Positions 1 to 14,082 of a stretch of 64,000 bases of DNA are shown here, piece after piece. This stretch comes from Trichosphaerium sp. ATCC 40318 (lineage: Eukaryota; Protista; Tubulinea). The position numbers were made by a program, and so were the translations under genes. The notes beneath the pieces were generated by a model. The model was not told where the DNA came from, searched no databases, and saw nothing but the letters and a program-made list of their open reading frames with translations. The stretch covers positions 186,001 to 250,000 of the forward strand of contig JALMLS010000277.1 in assembly GCA_038496445.1 (NCBI GenBank). The letters run 5' to 3'. How positions within the stretch are numbered: position 1 is the stretch's first letter; each line of letters begins with the position of its first letter.

Positions 1-1093
<1,093 letters not shown>

Positions 1094-1362
1094 GGTTTAT
1101 GTTGAATTGCTTGTTGCTTGAAAAGCTTGAGAGGCAGTTTGACTAAAAGAAATTACGTTTTTTTTGATGACCATCATATTCATCACAAAAAATATTATTT
1201 TCTTTCACATCCTGCGGTTAAAGTAACCCATTTCACCAACAACCACAAAATATTTAAAAACCCTTTATTGTACAAAGCCTCAATCGCTGTAAAATACAGG
1301 TTGGAAAGAGTTATCCGCTAGTTTACAGGCATTGATCTACTGGGCGAACTTTAGGAAGCTCT

Positions 1363-4300
1363 CTACGCTCGAATAACCTAAAAACAGCCGGTCAATTTTT
1401 TAAATCCATCAAAACAATCAAACACGCACTCTTATCCTTGACTTCTCTGTTATAGCTAACGCCTGAGGTTCGATATCGTGGCAGATAATAACACAAGCCA
1501 AAGTTCCTTGAGGGTTCTGGGACTTGTACATCTTACCGATACGGATCAATAAGACAACGTCAGCCGCGCGTACACTCTATAAGTAACCGTGTGAGTAGTC
1601 CAATAACGCGTACATGAAAAAAAATTCGAGAGAAAAAAACGTGCATCTCGGGTATCACAAAGGAAAGTGTCTTCTCCACTGTGTATTGTATCTATCTCTA
1701 CATTGGAAGGATAGCCGTACCTGTAGATCATATTAAAAACAAAGGAACTACGCGTTCAGAGAAAGAGGTCTACGCACACTGTGCCTTTACTATCGAAGGT
1801 CTTCCAGTGATCTACTCTTGCTCCAGGGAATTCACGAGAGATAGTTTGTTTTAATGGAATAGGATGTCTAGCACCACTAAAAAGAAAAAACAGAGTAAGT
1901 AGCTGTATCAACAAGTAGCGCTTACTTCTCTTGACGAGCTTCTTTTATCTTTTGACGTAACGTCTTAAATTCTTCTGCAATTACTTCGCGTATCATGCTA
2001 CGTAGCTCTGTTTGGAACTCTGCGTTACTCTTAATGAATTCTAGAACCTCTCTCTTGTCCACCATAGGCACTTTAGGCTTTTCTTGTTCAGCAGTGTTCA
2101 TCATGTTACTGAAAGACATTGATGCACGTGGTTCTGCAATAGTGTTGTTAGATTGAGTTATTTAGAGGCGTGTAGTCTTACTTGCTGGTACTCGTGGTGG
2201 TACACCATTTCCGTTGAGGCTGGACATGCGTCTTGGAGGTAGAGGGCTGCTAGAGCCAAACATTGGTGAAGCAGACTCTGCAAAAAAAAACTTTAAAAAA
2301 ACGTTGGGTGTTACTGATTGTTTACCTCTTTGGATGAGGAGGTAGTTCTTGATTACTGGTTCATCTGTAAAGATGTATGGTACACGTTGCAAGTTTTGTA
2401 GAGTAGTAAAGTACTCAGCAACCTCGTAGTACTTTTTAAACTCAATCATCCCGCTGTTGTTAGGCTTTGGATGCTTGTTTTCGATTTCAGTCAATAGTTC
2501 CAAGTAGATCTCCAAGAAAGGTACGCTTGGTGGATTGGCCTATTATTGTAGAGTCAAAACCTCTTGTCTTTAGAGATGTTACTTCATTGTACGTACCGCT
2601 AGCATTTTCTCACGAAAAGATGCTTGATTCTTGTCCATATGCTTCTTGAATGAAAAGAATGCCTTGCGGTCATCTAGAGGTACGATCTAAGAGTCCTATT
2701 AACTTACATGCTGTAACAAAATAAAATTTGAACTTACGCGCCAAGCTTCAGTGAGTTCTTTGACGTGGGTACGTTCTAGTCCGTTTATAATTGCTTTTGC
2801 ACCAGCAAAGTTATTGTACTCTAGCAAGAAAGTGGCTACCTTTACGAATTGTGAGATTATTTTAGCTAGGGCCTCGTTATTTCTACTGCAGCTTGCTATC
2901 TCTGAATTGAACAAGCATTCAATCTACAAAAAAGGTAAACAAATAATACAATGAGGTAGACACGTACTTGCTTGAATCTAGCATTGTACGTTGCAACATT
3001 AGGTGCTTTTTGAGGGTCTTCCCATGCTCTGGCTAGTAATTCATACGGTTTGATTTGACGGAAATCCCTGGGAGGAACATGTCAAAATTCTCAGCAGTTT
3101 TGGAAGAAAAACAAGGGGTTACGCACTGTTCCATAATGAGGCACATTTGTCGCGCTACTTCCCGTGGTTCAAAGTCTGTTATCTTTGCAGTGTTGGATGT
3201 TACACCAGCTGGTGGTTCATGGACTGGAGGAGGTGTTCCGTAAATAGACTTATCTTGTACTTTTTGCTGAAAAAGAAATACATTAGCAACACTCAAAAAA
3301 ATCACGTGATTTTTTCTAAAAATAGTACTTGTTTGTTGATAGCCTTGTTTAGTGCAGTAGCCCAAATGTTATCGAAAGGCTGAATTTCGTTCTGAATGAA
3401 TGTTTTTAATTTGGCGAGTAACTCAGGATCAGCTACAAAGTCATAGAAGTGCTTCTCAACCTACAAGAAAAAAATCAGTAATTTGTTGATAAAATAATTG
3501 GGTTGGATTTCTTTTTGCGGTACCCAATTCTTTATGGCGTTGAAAACACGAAGGCGAATAGGTTTCAACTTCATCTTGTCATACTTTGCCTTTGTTTCTG
3601 CATCGGTTTGCTTTGGTGGAGGTACATTGTACCTTACGATAAGCAAATCAAGTAGCTCCTGTGATGTACAAAACTCACGATAACCAGACAAGAAAGCGAT
3701 GAGGAAGCGTGTATCTACATACAAGAGTAAGCAATACTGCCTCTCCTAAGAGCCAAAGTAGTACCCATAAGCGCTTTATCGTATGTCATACGCTCGATGA
3801 GCTTTAACAATGTTGCAGCTGATACGACATGGATCCCGTCTATCAATTCTAATCGAATATTGGTTGGAGAATCCTTCTCGTAAAATTTGTATCCATCAAC
3901 CTTTTGTAGCTCGAAATCCATGTTTGCCTTTTTAAAAGGTGAGCACGAACGTTCGTTTGTCAGGATTTTTTTGCTTACTTGTTGCTTTTTGAAGCTCTTA
4001 CGCTCTGTGCTTGTCATAAGCTCTGGTGGCTTTGGTGGTGGGTTGTTAGGATCGCGCGGTTCGATGTATTGGGAGAGTTTCCATAGAGTATTATCGTCGT
4101 AGTACGAAAGTCCGTTTAAGTAGTCCTAGAAGGCACTGGATAAGTACAAGTATTGAATAAAAGGAGATAAACTGTACTTGAATAAAAGTTACAGTCTCTA
4201 GACAGTAAGGACTCTGTTGGTATTGTTGTATTTCCCTTATAACATCAGCTTGTTGTCGTCTTTGTAGAAAGTTAACCAATCCATCAGAGGTCTTCTTTTT

Positions 4301-6573
4301 ATGACCGTCTTCGATGAAAGTCAAATCGGTCAAGTAGATTCCTAGCAGGAATTTAGGAGCAGTACTTTACGCAGTAATAAAATAGTGTTTTAGCGTCTCA
4401 TTTTACCTAGATAAGGTACTAGTGGTGGACTGCAACCATGAACAACAGCACGTAGTGTGTGGTAGTTTTGGCTACGCGCTACGAGTTGCTTCAATTCGTC
4501 TAGAATCTTTTGTTGAGAATGTGGAAGGGCCTTAGAGAAAAGTTAGGTATCACTTAACGAAGCCAATCTACAATTTTTTTGAAAACCAGTTCAACTCTAC
4601 ACTATCGACGTACGTGGAATGTTTGACTTAGACGATGAATAGCACTATTGTTAAGACCAGAAACAACTTCGAGTACAGCATTAAAGTTGTTCAGAGCCTT
4701 CAGGCGCATCGCGATATCAATAAAACGCCGTAAAACTTTGACTCTGTCTCTTAGATTTACTGTACCGCATATTTCAGAAGCAACCCAACCGCTCACCTAC
4801 GATTGTGGGGTGAGTTTGTGTTTTTTTGGTTGGGCGGAAGAATAAACGGCAAACCTACTTGATTAAATCGGTGAATCATCTTTGTAATGTTAGGCGCGAG
4901 TTGCTCACGTTGGTCTTTTGACCAAGCCTAAAACAATTGTGAGGATAAAAAGTGGTGGAGGTCTTTTTTAGGTGCTTTTAGGTTTTTTTTTTCACAACGC
5001 ACTGTTTTTAGACATTCCCATGGTTGGATGCTACAAAACATTTTGTGTTCGATGAGAGTGATTTGGCGCGCTACTTCTTGTGCTGGAATATCCATAAAAC
5101 TGAGAGCTAGTGCATACTTTGGTTAACAAGATTCATACGTCGGTCCAAAGTTTTTATTCAAGAAAAGAAAGAAAAACTACTTACTGCCGCTGATGTTTTG
5201 TGGAAGCATAGGTTTTGGCATTTGCTTTGTGAACTGGCTTTTTGTTAGATCCTTCTTAGCCTTTACACCTGTTTCAAGCTAATCTTTAATTAGTATCGTG
5301 TGGAAGCGCTAGTGCATCTAAACGAACAAAAACCTATAAACTGCATAAAAGCAGTTATCACGTGATTTTTTTTCGTGCTTTTTTCAAAATTTTAACGCAA
5401 CCAACGAAATGAGTTTTATGCGCTCAATAATAACAACAAATTGTCTTGTTAAGTACCCTTTTCGTTACACGCTTTTGTACTTTTGATGCAGCGCCCTGAT
5501 ACTTGAAAGACTTGTCTTGTTCAAGTTTTGTAAGCAACGCACGTGTTGCTAATGCAATTTCAGGTTCCTTTGAAAAATCATAAAGGTAGTTCTCTGCCCA
5601 TGTTTTGAACACATTGAAAACACTGAAAAACAATGAGTGAGCAGGTCAGGAAATTATGAAGCAAATTTGCTACAAAAAAAAATAAAGTGATATTGTACCG
5701 TAATGGAATGACATTATCATCTCTTGAGTGCTCTAATGTACTATATGTTAAGGAGAAAATGTATACGTTAACATAAAAGGTAATAAAAGTTGCGTGTTAA
5801 GGATATCTTTGTGCCAAGCCATCAATTAGTTCCAAAGGCGTGCAAAATGAGCGGTAGGTTAGTAAAAACTCGTGCAGTAGGTCTGGGTCTACGTAATGAA
5901 TTCGTATAAGCGCAACAACGAATTTGTACGCGTACCTGCTTGTTTTTCTGTAGTTTTTTCAATCAGTTTGTCAAGTGTAGCAGATTTAATCACTTTGGTC
6001 CTTGTGCCTGTTGTTTTTTGCGAATATTCAATGTTCTGCTCAGTATCTGGCTCACCGAACTTGAATTCGCGCCCAGAAGTGAGTTCTCCTGGCGCTAACA
6101 TTTTTAATTTACTGGTTTGTCTTTTCGGTTTAAAGTTTTCTTTGGACAGCTCTAGTAAGCTCGCGCGATGTACAGGAGCTTTTGGTGACACTTTCAGAAA
6201 CCCGCCTATTGATCATTTAGTTTTTGTTAAACGCCTCTAGTGTCAAAATCAACCAATATTGGTCAAAAATGGTTTGGCAAGTGAAGGCCAGTACTTTGGC
6301 TACTTGTCTAAAAATGATGCTTATAAATTAAAATAAACGTGCTGGAAGGTGGCGGACTTGACGGCGGTGCGGGTGGCTCAATCACCTCCACCGAGGCCCG
6401 CTTACTAACGTCGAACTTCATGTTACGCATCCTCCTAAGACAAAACTTGTTATCGCGATGACGCGCTAGTTGTTGCTGCTAGCGCACTGTAAATTTTGAA
6501 ATTCTTGGTTGATGCTATCCAGGTTTATTGAACAACTCGCTCGCTTTTGACTTGGCGAGCGCGGAATGGACAT
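1363..6573 (-). CDS. Tandem RasGEF (REM+CDC25 x2) with C-terminal DUF3782/DUF1626-like PD-(D/E)XK-fold domain
   Basis: Two REM motifs (FLLTYRSFCTP; FLSGYREFCTS) and two CDC25 domains (EVARQ, LNNFN, PYLG.YLTDLTFIEDG). Splicing at 1925/1877 continues into GARHP..WKTFDSKGTVYGYPSNVEID. The 5' exon structure at 6200-6340 is ambiguous. Confidence 0.88.
5738..5806 (-). other. U12-type (minor spliceosome) AT-AC intron
   Basis: Minus-strand donor ATATCCTTAAC, branch point TTCTCCTTAAC 9 nt before the AC acceptor. The unspliced frame hits TAA and no GT donor is available; splicing restores GLAQR|LEHSRDDNVIPLR. Confidence 0.85.
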
Positions 6574-6838
6574 GATCACCCTTGTTGCGTAGGGACTGTT
6601 ACACGAGTTTTGGTTTGTTTAAAATAGCAGCAAACTGTGTTGGCGGCCAAATGTGATCTCGGAGATTCAAGAAATACTAAATCCAACGTTTTCTCAGATA
6701 CTTTTATTTCTAAGTCGAATATAACTATGGAATAAAACTAAGAGTGTTCGAGTGTACAAGCGTAGCTACATAAGAGCTGTTTATTTTTTTCTTAATTTTC
6801 TTGATTTTTTTTCTTTTCAGTTGTTTTGTTTGTTATAA

Positions 6839-9800
6839 TTACACGTTAGCGTTTGTTTCGCGTTTTAGTTGTACAATAGGTGATGTAGATGCTTTTTCAT
6901 CCATTTTTTTGAATTGTCTTTGGGTTTCCTGAGAAGAAGAGCCCATAAACAGTTTACCATACGTGCCACGTAGATGTGGAGGTACATCCTCGAATTCAAC
7001 ATCTTTCAAGTCATGTATACGTGTTGTGCGGTCTTCTTCACTAGTCTTCTGCTTTAGCTTTACAAGAAGCCTTCCTTTCGCGGGAATATTCTTCCAATCA
7101 TTTGTTGGTACAAAATCGCCTCGATCAGGCTCATAGTAGCAGACTACGAGTTCATCGTCTTGAACACCACGATTCAACCTGTTTAACAAAAATTTAAGCC
7201 AAAAATAAACAGGTACGAATTCCCTCCCACTTTTTTCTTACCTTGAAGACACATTAGTGTGAATGAGTTCTTTCAGTTGACTAAAGTCCTTTAATACACC
7301 AAGAACACGAAAAGAGTCTTCAAGCTTTACACGCTCAAGATAAACAAGCAAATCACGCTCTTTTGGTGGTGCCAAGCGTCTACAGAGTTGTGAGCAATAC
7401 GGAAGCCGAAACAAAAAAATTTCAACAGAAAAAGACGAATTCGCATTTCGGGTTCAATGTACCTGTGCATCGATACACCAAAGTCCCTTGACAGATCCAA
7501 AGCTGTTATATTGTCATTATCTTGTAGGTCAGTTTTCGCGCCGTTTGCTACAAGATATTGTGTCATAGGTGTATTTTCCTCCATTATAGCCCAGTGTAAC
7601 GCTGTTTCGCCGTTTTCGTTTTGTTTGTCAAGGTTTGCCCCTTTGCTTGTTAAAAGTTGTGCAGCCTTAAACTGACTGGCAGAAGATGCTAAAATCAGTG
7701 GCGTGTCGCCTGTCTTCGATAGAATATCAATATCACCGCCGTTCACAATCAAAGCGCTCAAAATGGTAATGTATCCTCGGAACGCTGCTACGTGCATAGT
7801 AGATAGACCGCCTGATACACGATAAGACTGGTAAAAAGCCACACGGCGAAATAAGATTGTCCGTTTTAAAAAAACCTTCACGCACTATGTTTTTCGTTTC
7901 TAAAGTTCGGATCCGCGCCAGCTGCAAGTAGCTTTTCAACTACTTTATCGTGTCCTCCCCAAACAGCCCAATAAAGTGGTGAACCTCCTGTAAAAAGAAA
8001 AAATGTAAATAACAAAAGACTAACACTAAACGACACTTATAAGTGCCTAGCTTTACCATGTCCATCGCGCTTGTTTAGGTATTCTTTAGATGATGCCAAT
8101 TTTGTAACCATATTCACATCTCCAAACGCTGCCGCATACGTCATAGGCGCTATATCAAATGCACCATGCTCCATACTGTATTATATGAGGTTAGGTTGCT
8201 GAATACATGCGTGTAGGGGTGAATTCGAACAGTAGAATGAATTCGTAAATTTTATTAAATTTATTTTACGCACGTAAGCCAATCTTCAGTATAAACGTAA
8301 TTATCAAGTATTTCTTGTTGTGGTAGTGCCAGAGACTCGTTATTAGTAGGAAACCAATTATCCTCAGACTTTAGTGTAATATTATTTGAAGCGTCTGGTG
8401 GAGAAGGGTCTTGATATTCAAATATAACGTTTGCGTTCGACTACCATACGTCAGAACATTCGGGTAAATATTTTTTTTTGCATAGTCAATGGGAGTCGAC
8501 TATGTACAAATTTACGCGTGAGTGCGCTTTTTTGATAAGTTTCCTTGGAATCGTTTGTTCGTTCCGTGAAACGCAAGCACAAAAGGTGAACGCACTAATT
8601 TGCATAACAAAAGACGTACTTGTATGCCACATGCAACTACAACAACAGATACTGATCCAGGTTCTAATGGTGGAGCATTTGTTTGAACATAAGTATCGGA
8701 TTGGGTAGTAGGTGGTACTGGAGTGGTGCCAAAGACAACAACGGCCTAATTGCACAAACAACATATTAGAATTTTTGCAAGTACTTGGTTGTGCGTACAG
8801 GTCCTGTGAATCCTTGACCTAAAATCGCAACCTCTGTAGTTTGTCTCGCCATACCACACTTTGGTACAATATCTTTGACTGTTACAGTAACTAATTATGC
8901 AGTCAGTACGCTAAACAATTGAGAAAAAAAACCAATTTGTTTTTGGAACGGTTCGTTTTAGTTTAAAAGAATGCCAAATATCACTTTTCTTTTTCTCGCG
9001 CTCCATGATAATGTTGGCTCTATTCAAGTGGAAATATGGTATTTTCTTAGGTGGTAAAAAGAAGTGACAGTTGGTATTTAAAATTAGGTAATTCAACGGT
9101 GAGTAAAACCATTAAAGTTTTAAATGGAAGGTATTTGACACCGCCAAGATTTGTTAATACGTGCCTTGAGGAATAGGTAACTCTTTTTTATGGGGTTTCG
9201 TCTTTGGAAATTGACTTTGATGGGTGTAAACATCGATAGGAAAACTACCAGCTCTAATTTATTTTTATAAGCTTGTGTATACCTCTCTATGATGTCTTAC
9301 CTTGCTACAAGTTGTTCAGGGCCATTACTACCTGTGAAAAAAATTATTTGTCTTATTTCTGAAGAAGAATAAAGCATGCGATACAGTGAGTGGTATCTAA
9401 CGTTGAAACGCTGTATTTTTTTTCAGTGACGTTTGTGGTTTTTTTTTTCACGTTTTTGTTTTGATCTCTTACCTTGTACTTTGCCAAAGATGGCGAACGT
9501 GAGCAACCGCTGGGTGAAATTAGCTCGAGTTCGTTTAATCCATTTCTGTTTATCGTGATCAAACTTATAAAAGCCGCTGACATTTATACATATGCCTGGG
9601 AACCGTAACAAGCCTAAATAATTCAGTTTTAACATTTTTTGACTTTTAACTGCTCACGTACAATTTGACTCTTGTAGTGTAAATTCAAGCACGTTGTTAG
9701 CAATAGGAGGTACAGTACGATCTCCTTCAATCCAAAGTGGCACTTCAGTAGTGTCTACCTCTTGTAGTATACATATACATCTGATAAAATGTTATTAGGT

Positions 9801-10015
9801 ATCTTTGTGGTTTTTCTCTTTCGGTTTCACTTTAAATTTATTTTTGTTTGCCATGCTAACCTATAGAGATAATTGGGTCCATGTGGAAAGTTCCTAAGCG
9901 CAATTTCTGGTACAGGGCTACGTAAATTCTTTTTGCGCAAAACTCTCTGCTGTGGTGCCTTTACAACTTCAATGGTAGGCCTTGGCATGGTTGAGGCATG
10001 CATTTGAGTGCTCAT
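6839..10015 (-). CDS. Putative transcription factor: N-terminal beta-sandwich DNA-binding-like domain + IPT/TIG + ankyrin repeats + C-terminal Ubl/PB1-like domain
   Basis: Exons: PTIEVVKAPQQRVLRKKNLRSPVP..SFPIDVYTHQSQ; IPT VKDIVPKCGMARQTTEVAILGQGF..VVFG..APPLEPGSVSV; ankyrin GDTPLILA and GETALHWA; tail DLLVYLE..DFSQLKELI..YYEPDRGDFV. Confidence 0.72.
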
Positions 10016-10200
10016 TGTACAACCGCTCCTTCACTTTTTGACATGAATTCGTTGGTGACTTAATTTCAAAGGCGTACGCTACATAAAAGTACATACGTCC
10101 ATAACAGTACCTTCAGTACACCTTCGGAAGCTGTGCTTTTGAGAAAAAAAGTTTATTTAATTACAGATAAGGTCACTAGGTGACGCAATGTACTGGTAGT

Positions 10201-10546
10201 CTAAGAACGGCTCTTCAACTCTCTGCCGTGTTGGCAAATTACGCACAACTCGCATAAGTATACCAAGCAGCAATCTGCGCAGCAAGAGTAGCTCATACCG
10301 TACTTGGAACGAATTTGTTGCCTTGTAAAGTACACAGTGTTAGAAGCAGCCAAGCAGCAATCGCATAAGGTGCATTCACGCTCATCTACAGTAGCTTTGT
10401 TCAAAGCGACTTGGTAGCAAGGTACCAACCAGGTCTAACGGTGTGGTTAGCGCCAAAACTCGTTTTTGTGTGCTGTAAGTACGTACAATGATACATATAC
10501 CACAGTCATCGAAGCAGCCGCAGAAACCCTCTTGAAAGTCAGACAT
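10201..10546 (-). CDS. PLAC8/cornifelin-family Cys-rich protein (2 exons)
   Basis: MSDFQEGFCGCFDDCGICII|TWLVPC..RQQIRSKYGM..CADCCLVYLCELCVICQHGRELK. Confidence 0.9.
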
Positions 10547-13500
10547 CTTGTTTTATGGGTAAGGAATTGGGTATTTGGATTTTAAAATACCGTTCGCGTA
10601 GTCTCGAGAAGTCATTGCTTACACTGTACACGCGCTCTGGGACGTGTGTATGCTGTTTTGGCGAAGTTGCAGTTAAATGCAGTTTTTTTGTATTTCTTTC
10701 CTTGTGTAGCTAACCTTGCTCCTTTTTATGTGACCATACTATCACGATGAATATTTCACGCTAACGCCCGAAATTCTCCCTGTTTTAGGAATATGTCCTG
10801 TGTACCACAGCAAACTGGAATCAATCCTCATGTTGCTCTATGCTGTGCGTTGTAACGTGTCTCAAACATAAAGGAAGTTTTGACAACTTTTTGTGATTTA
10901 TCGCCACTGCGGCACTGACAATACTGTGTCATTGGCTACTAGTAACAATCAACGGTTCAGGTACGGTAATAACAGATTCACGTTGGTGTTTGTACAGGTC
11001 GGCATTTTATTTTTAACTTTGAAGTTTTTCTTTACAGTTTTTGTGTTTTCTCAGTTAGCTTCTATCAGGCATTCTGTAGAATCGTGCTGGTAGGAATTCA
11101 AATAGTTTAAAGCTTGACACTGGATTACCTCTGTAGTGTTTGTTGTGGTATTGTACAACACGAGCAGTATGAAGTTGATATTTTGTTTTAGAACACGTGA
11201 TTGATACCCTTCGTTTGTGAGGAAAGACCCAGCGTGTTTGACTTTTTTGACGCTTCCAATGGGCACGTTTAACTGGTATACTAGCGACTATTTAAAAAGT
11301 AGGTCAGACATAGTACAAAGGGGAGACACAGCATACCAATTGGACAATAAATATCGTCAAGTTGCTTGCTTTTTATACAGTTATCTTTGATCTTAAAAGT
11401 GTTTGGAGGGGAACACGGCGCTGGAGAAAGAAGTGCTCCAATTGGAACCCGAGATGTAAAAGCTTGAGGAGATGACTTGTTCATGGCGTTAGATTTTTGG
11501 GTGTTTGAATTATAAGGTATTTACTGCAATAGTTATATTGAAATAAATGGCTGCGAAGGTTTGTTGTATTCAAATAGTTGTTAGACCTCCTGTAGCAGTG
11601 GTATTGGTAATAAAAAAGTAGTATTTTATCTTCTCTGTGACGTCACTTGGAAGACAAACTCCGGTAATTGCTCGGCAGGAATCGAGTGAATAAGTATTTC
11701 AGAATGTTCTTAGAAATCCTTTTAATGATCTACCTGTATGATGAAGCTAACACGTGCGTGAAACGGTTTTATAAGTTTAAACGTGGTACCATTAACATCA
11801 AGTCTCGGCAAATATAGTTTTACCGTTGGCTTTTTTTAAGGCTCCACGGAGAAGTAAGCGAGCAAAACGCTAATGGGAGTATATGGTTGTAAAAGATCAT
11901 GTTTTGTTTCGGTAGTGATGTGTAGCTTCGAAGTTGAAAATAATTTAAAAAGACGCTCGGAATGTCATTTCTGTTTTGCTATCATGCTCTCGTACGAGCA
12001 AAAGTGGTAGTGACGCTATATTATGGTACACATCATCGGTTGCGCAACAATTGCGTCAAAAACTCGTAGGCGCTGTTTGTTGGTTGTATACACTACAAGG
12101 AACGCTTGTATTAGAAATATCACGTGGGAGACTAATATTAGTTCCAAATTGAACTTTTCCGCCCAACAAGTCGCGTTACGTAGTTTATGTTAACAAAACT
12201 GCAGCTTACAACGATTGACTTCACATACGGCCATTCCTTGCATTCCTCAATGCTAGAATTCTGGAGCATGACACTATCTTATATTGCAAACGCACGTTTG
12301 AGGGGTATCGAGACTCCGTACATAGGGTAATGACCTGACCATACATTGTTGTGGTCCTGTTTGGACTGCAACTAGCAAGAACGTGTTTGCAAGAATTTAG
12401 AAGACTATTAACGGAACTTCATCATTCAATAGTGGTGCTTTTCTTTAACATTCAGAGTTTTAAAATGATATTACGCACTGGAACATTCAATAACTGAAGG
12501 CTTAGTAAGTTTTCAAAGAGTCTTTAATCACATGGCAATATTTTAAAACAGCATGAACTCCCAGTGCCTTAACTGTTTGTGTCTATGATAGGGATCTTGT
12601 TATTTGTATCCAACTCTCTAAGTTGGTAGTGGCACGCCCAACAATAACACAATGCCTTCAGTTACAAGTGTCCATTGTAAGTCAACTTTACACCATATAT
12701 TGTATCGATCAAAGGGTTGCCAAATACTGTGTAGCACCACCAAGGTCAAACCCGAAATAATGGGTTGAAATATTTATGCAGTGTGAGTGCAAGTACACTA
12801 ATATGTACAGTTGGCATAGAATAATCAGAAGAACAACAGCAAGTGCAACAGTGAACAAATGTTGTTTAGCGAAAAAAAACTTGTTCAGATAAAAACACGG
12901 TTGAGTTAGGAACGCAACTTGATACGTGATTATCATTGTTCAGATCGTACATCGATAAATTGACCATTTACAAGTGCACATATTTCCAACCAAGTCATTG
13001 AGAGCCATGGATCCTAAAAGGAGTTGACGCACTTTTCCTCTAAAAAGGGAGGGTGAACTTCACATAATGGTATTTTATACTGTCTAAATTACATTTTCGT
13101 ATATGTACAGTATCATAACCTGTGTCGTAAGCCTTTAATCTGTAAATGTTCAATATTTTCCTACTTTTTTGAGGATACAACCAAGACAAAAAAAGTCGGG
13201 TTTTCAGCAAGATCAGACCGTTCGAGTGACTGTTTAGAACTCGCATACTTCAGCAGCACAAAACCTAATCAATCTTAGAAGAAAAAAGCATGGATTGGAA
13301 TTTATTTTCGGCGCTTAAGTTCTCCTTGTTTTTGTAGTCGTAGAATCGTGATGTTTGTTCCATGTATATTTCTGATCATGAGTTACCTCCACCTACGCGT
13401 GTATTCGGCGAAGGTGAGGTTTAATGAAAACCCGATGACCTGACCCTAAAAAAAGCCCCTATGTATTGTGGTATTAGGCTAAACAGGCCATAACTTGTTT

Positions 13501-13629
13501 AAAAGTACTTAAACCCAGTTTTTGACAATCAAGTTAGCCGGACACAAATCCAATTGATCAACAAAACCAACAACTCCTTAACAACAGCTAAAAAACACCA
13601 CTAAATAACAAACATCAAAGCAACACGTA

Positions 13630-14082
13630 ATGATTAGCTCAACCTTCTTACTCTCGCTTTCCTTTCTCATTTGTTTGGCCTTCATTCATGCGAACGCGGA
13701 AGATACCTTCATTGTGACTCAGACAACAAGCGGACCAAACGACGGTACCAACTCACACGTTAGATACAGATATGTCTACACTGATGGTACCCACTCAGCA
13801 TGGAGCGACCACGTAGATGACCTAAATAGAAACGACTACCAGCTTGGTGCTCGCGATCACTTCCGTATGAGAGATCAACCATCAAAGGATCCAAACAAAG
13901 TATTGGATGGCGTAGAGCTGTACATTCTTGGTAACGATGGATGGAGGTTTTCTGAAATCTACATCTACAATTCTTATTTGTTCTGTTGGACTGGTGTTGA
14001 AGCCATTGACGGTAACGGTAGTGGCGGTCCAAGTGCTATTCTTACAAACAATGGAAACTGCGATCTCGGTTGTATCAACTAG
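13630..14082 (+). CDS. Secreted PLAT/LH2-domain protein (intronless)
   Basis: Hydrophobic signal peptide; PLAT-like pattern T..G.NDGT..V..NDYQLGARDHF..GNDGW.FSEIYI. Confidence 0.8.
   Translation: MISSTFLLSLSFLICLAFIHANAEDTFIVTQTTSGPNDGTNSHVRYRYVYTDGTHSAWSDHVDDLNRNDYQLGARDHFRMRDQPSKDPNKVLDGVELYILGNDGWRFSEIYIYNSYLFCWTGVEAIDGNGSGGPSAILTNNGNCDLGCIN

Noticed and set aside
6205-6345. In-frame TGA (6213-6215) suggesting stop-codon recoding
   Set aside because: An alternative splice (GC donor 6342 to AG at 6206) bypasses it. Elsewhere TGA is a normal stop and Trp is TGG.
10900-11950. Possible decayed minus-strand gene (ORFs 11051..11266, 11281..11484)
   Set aside because: No coherent exon chain or recognisable motif could be built.
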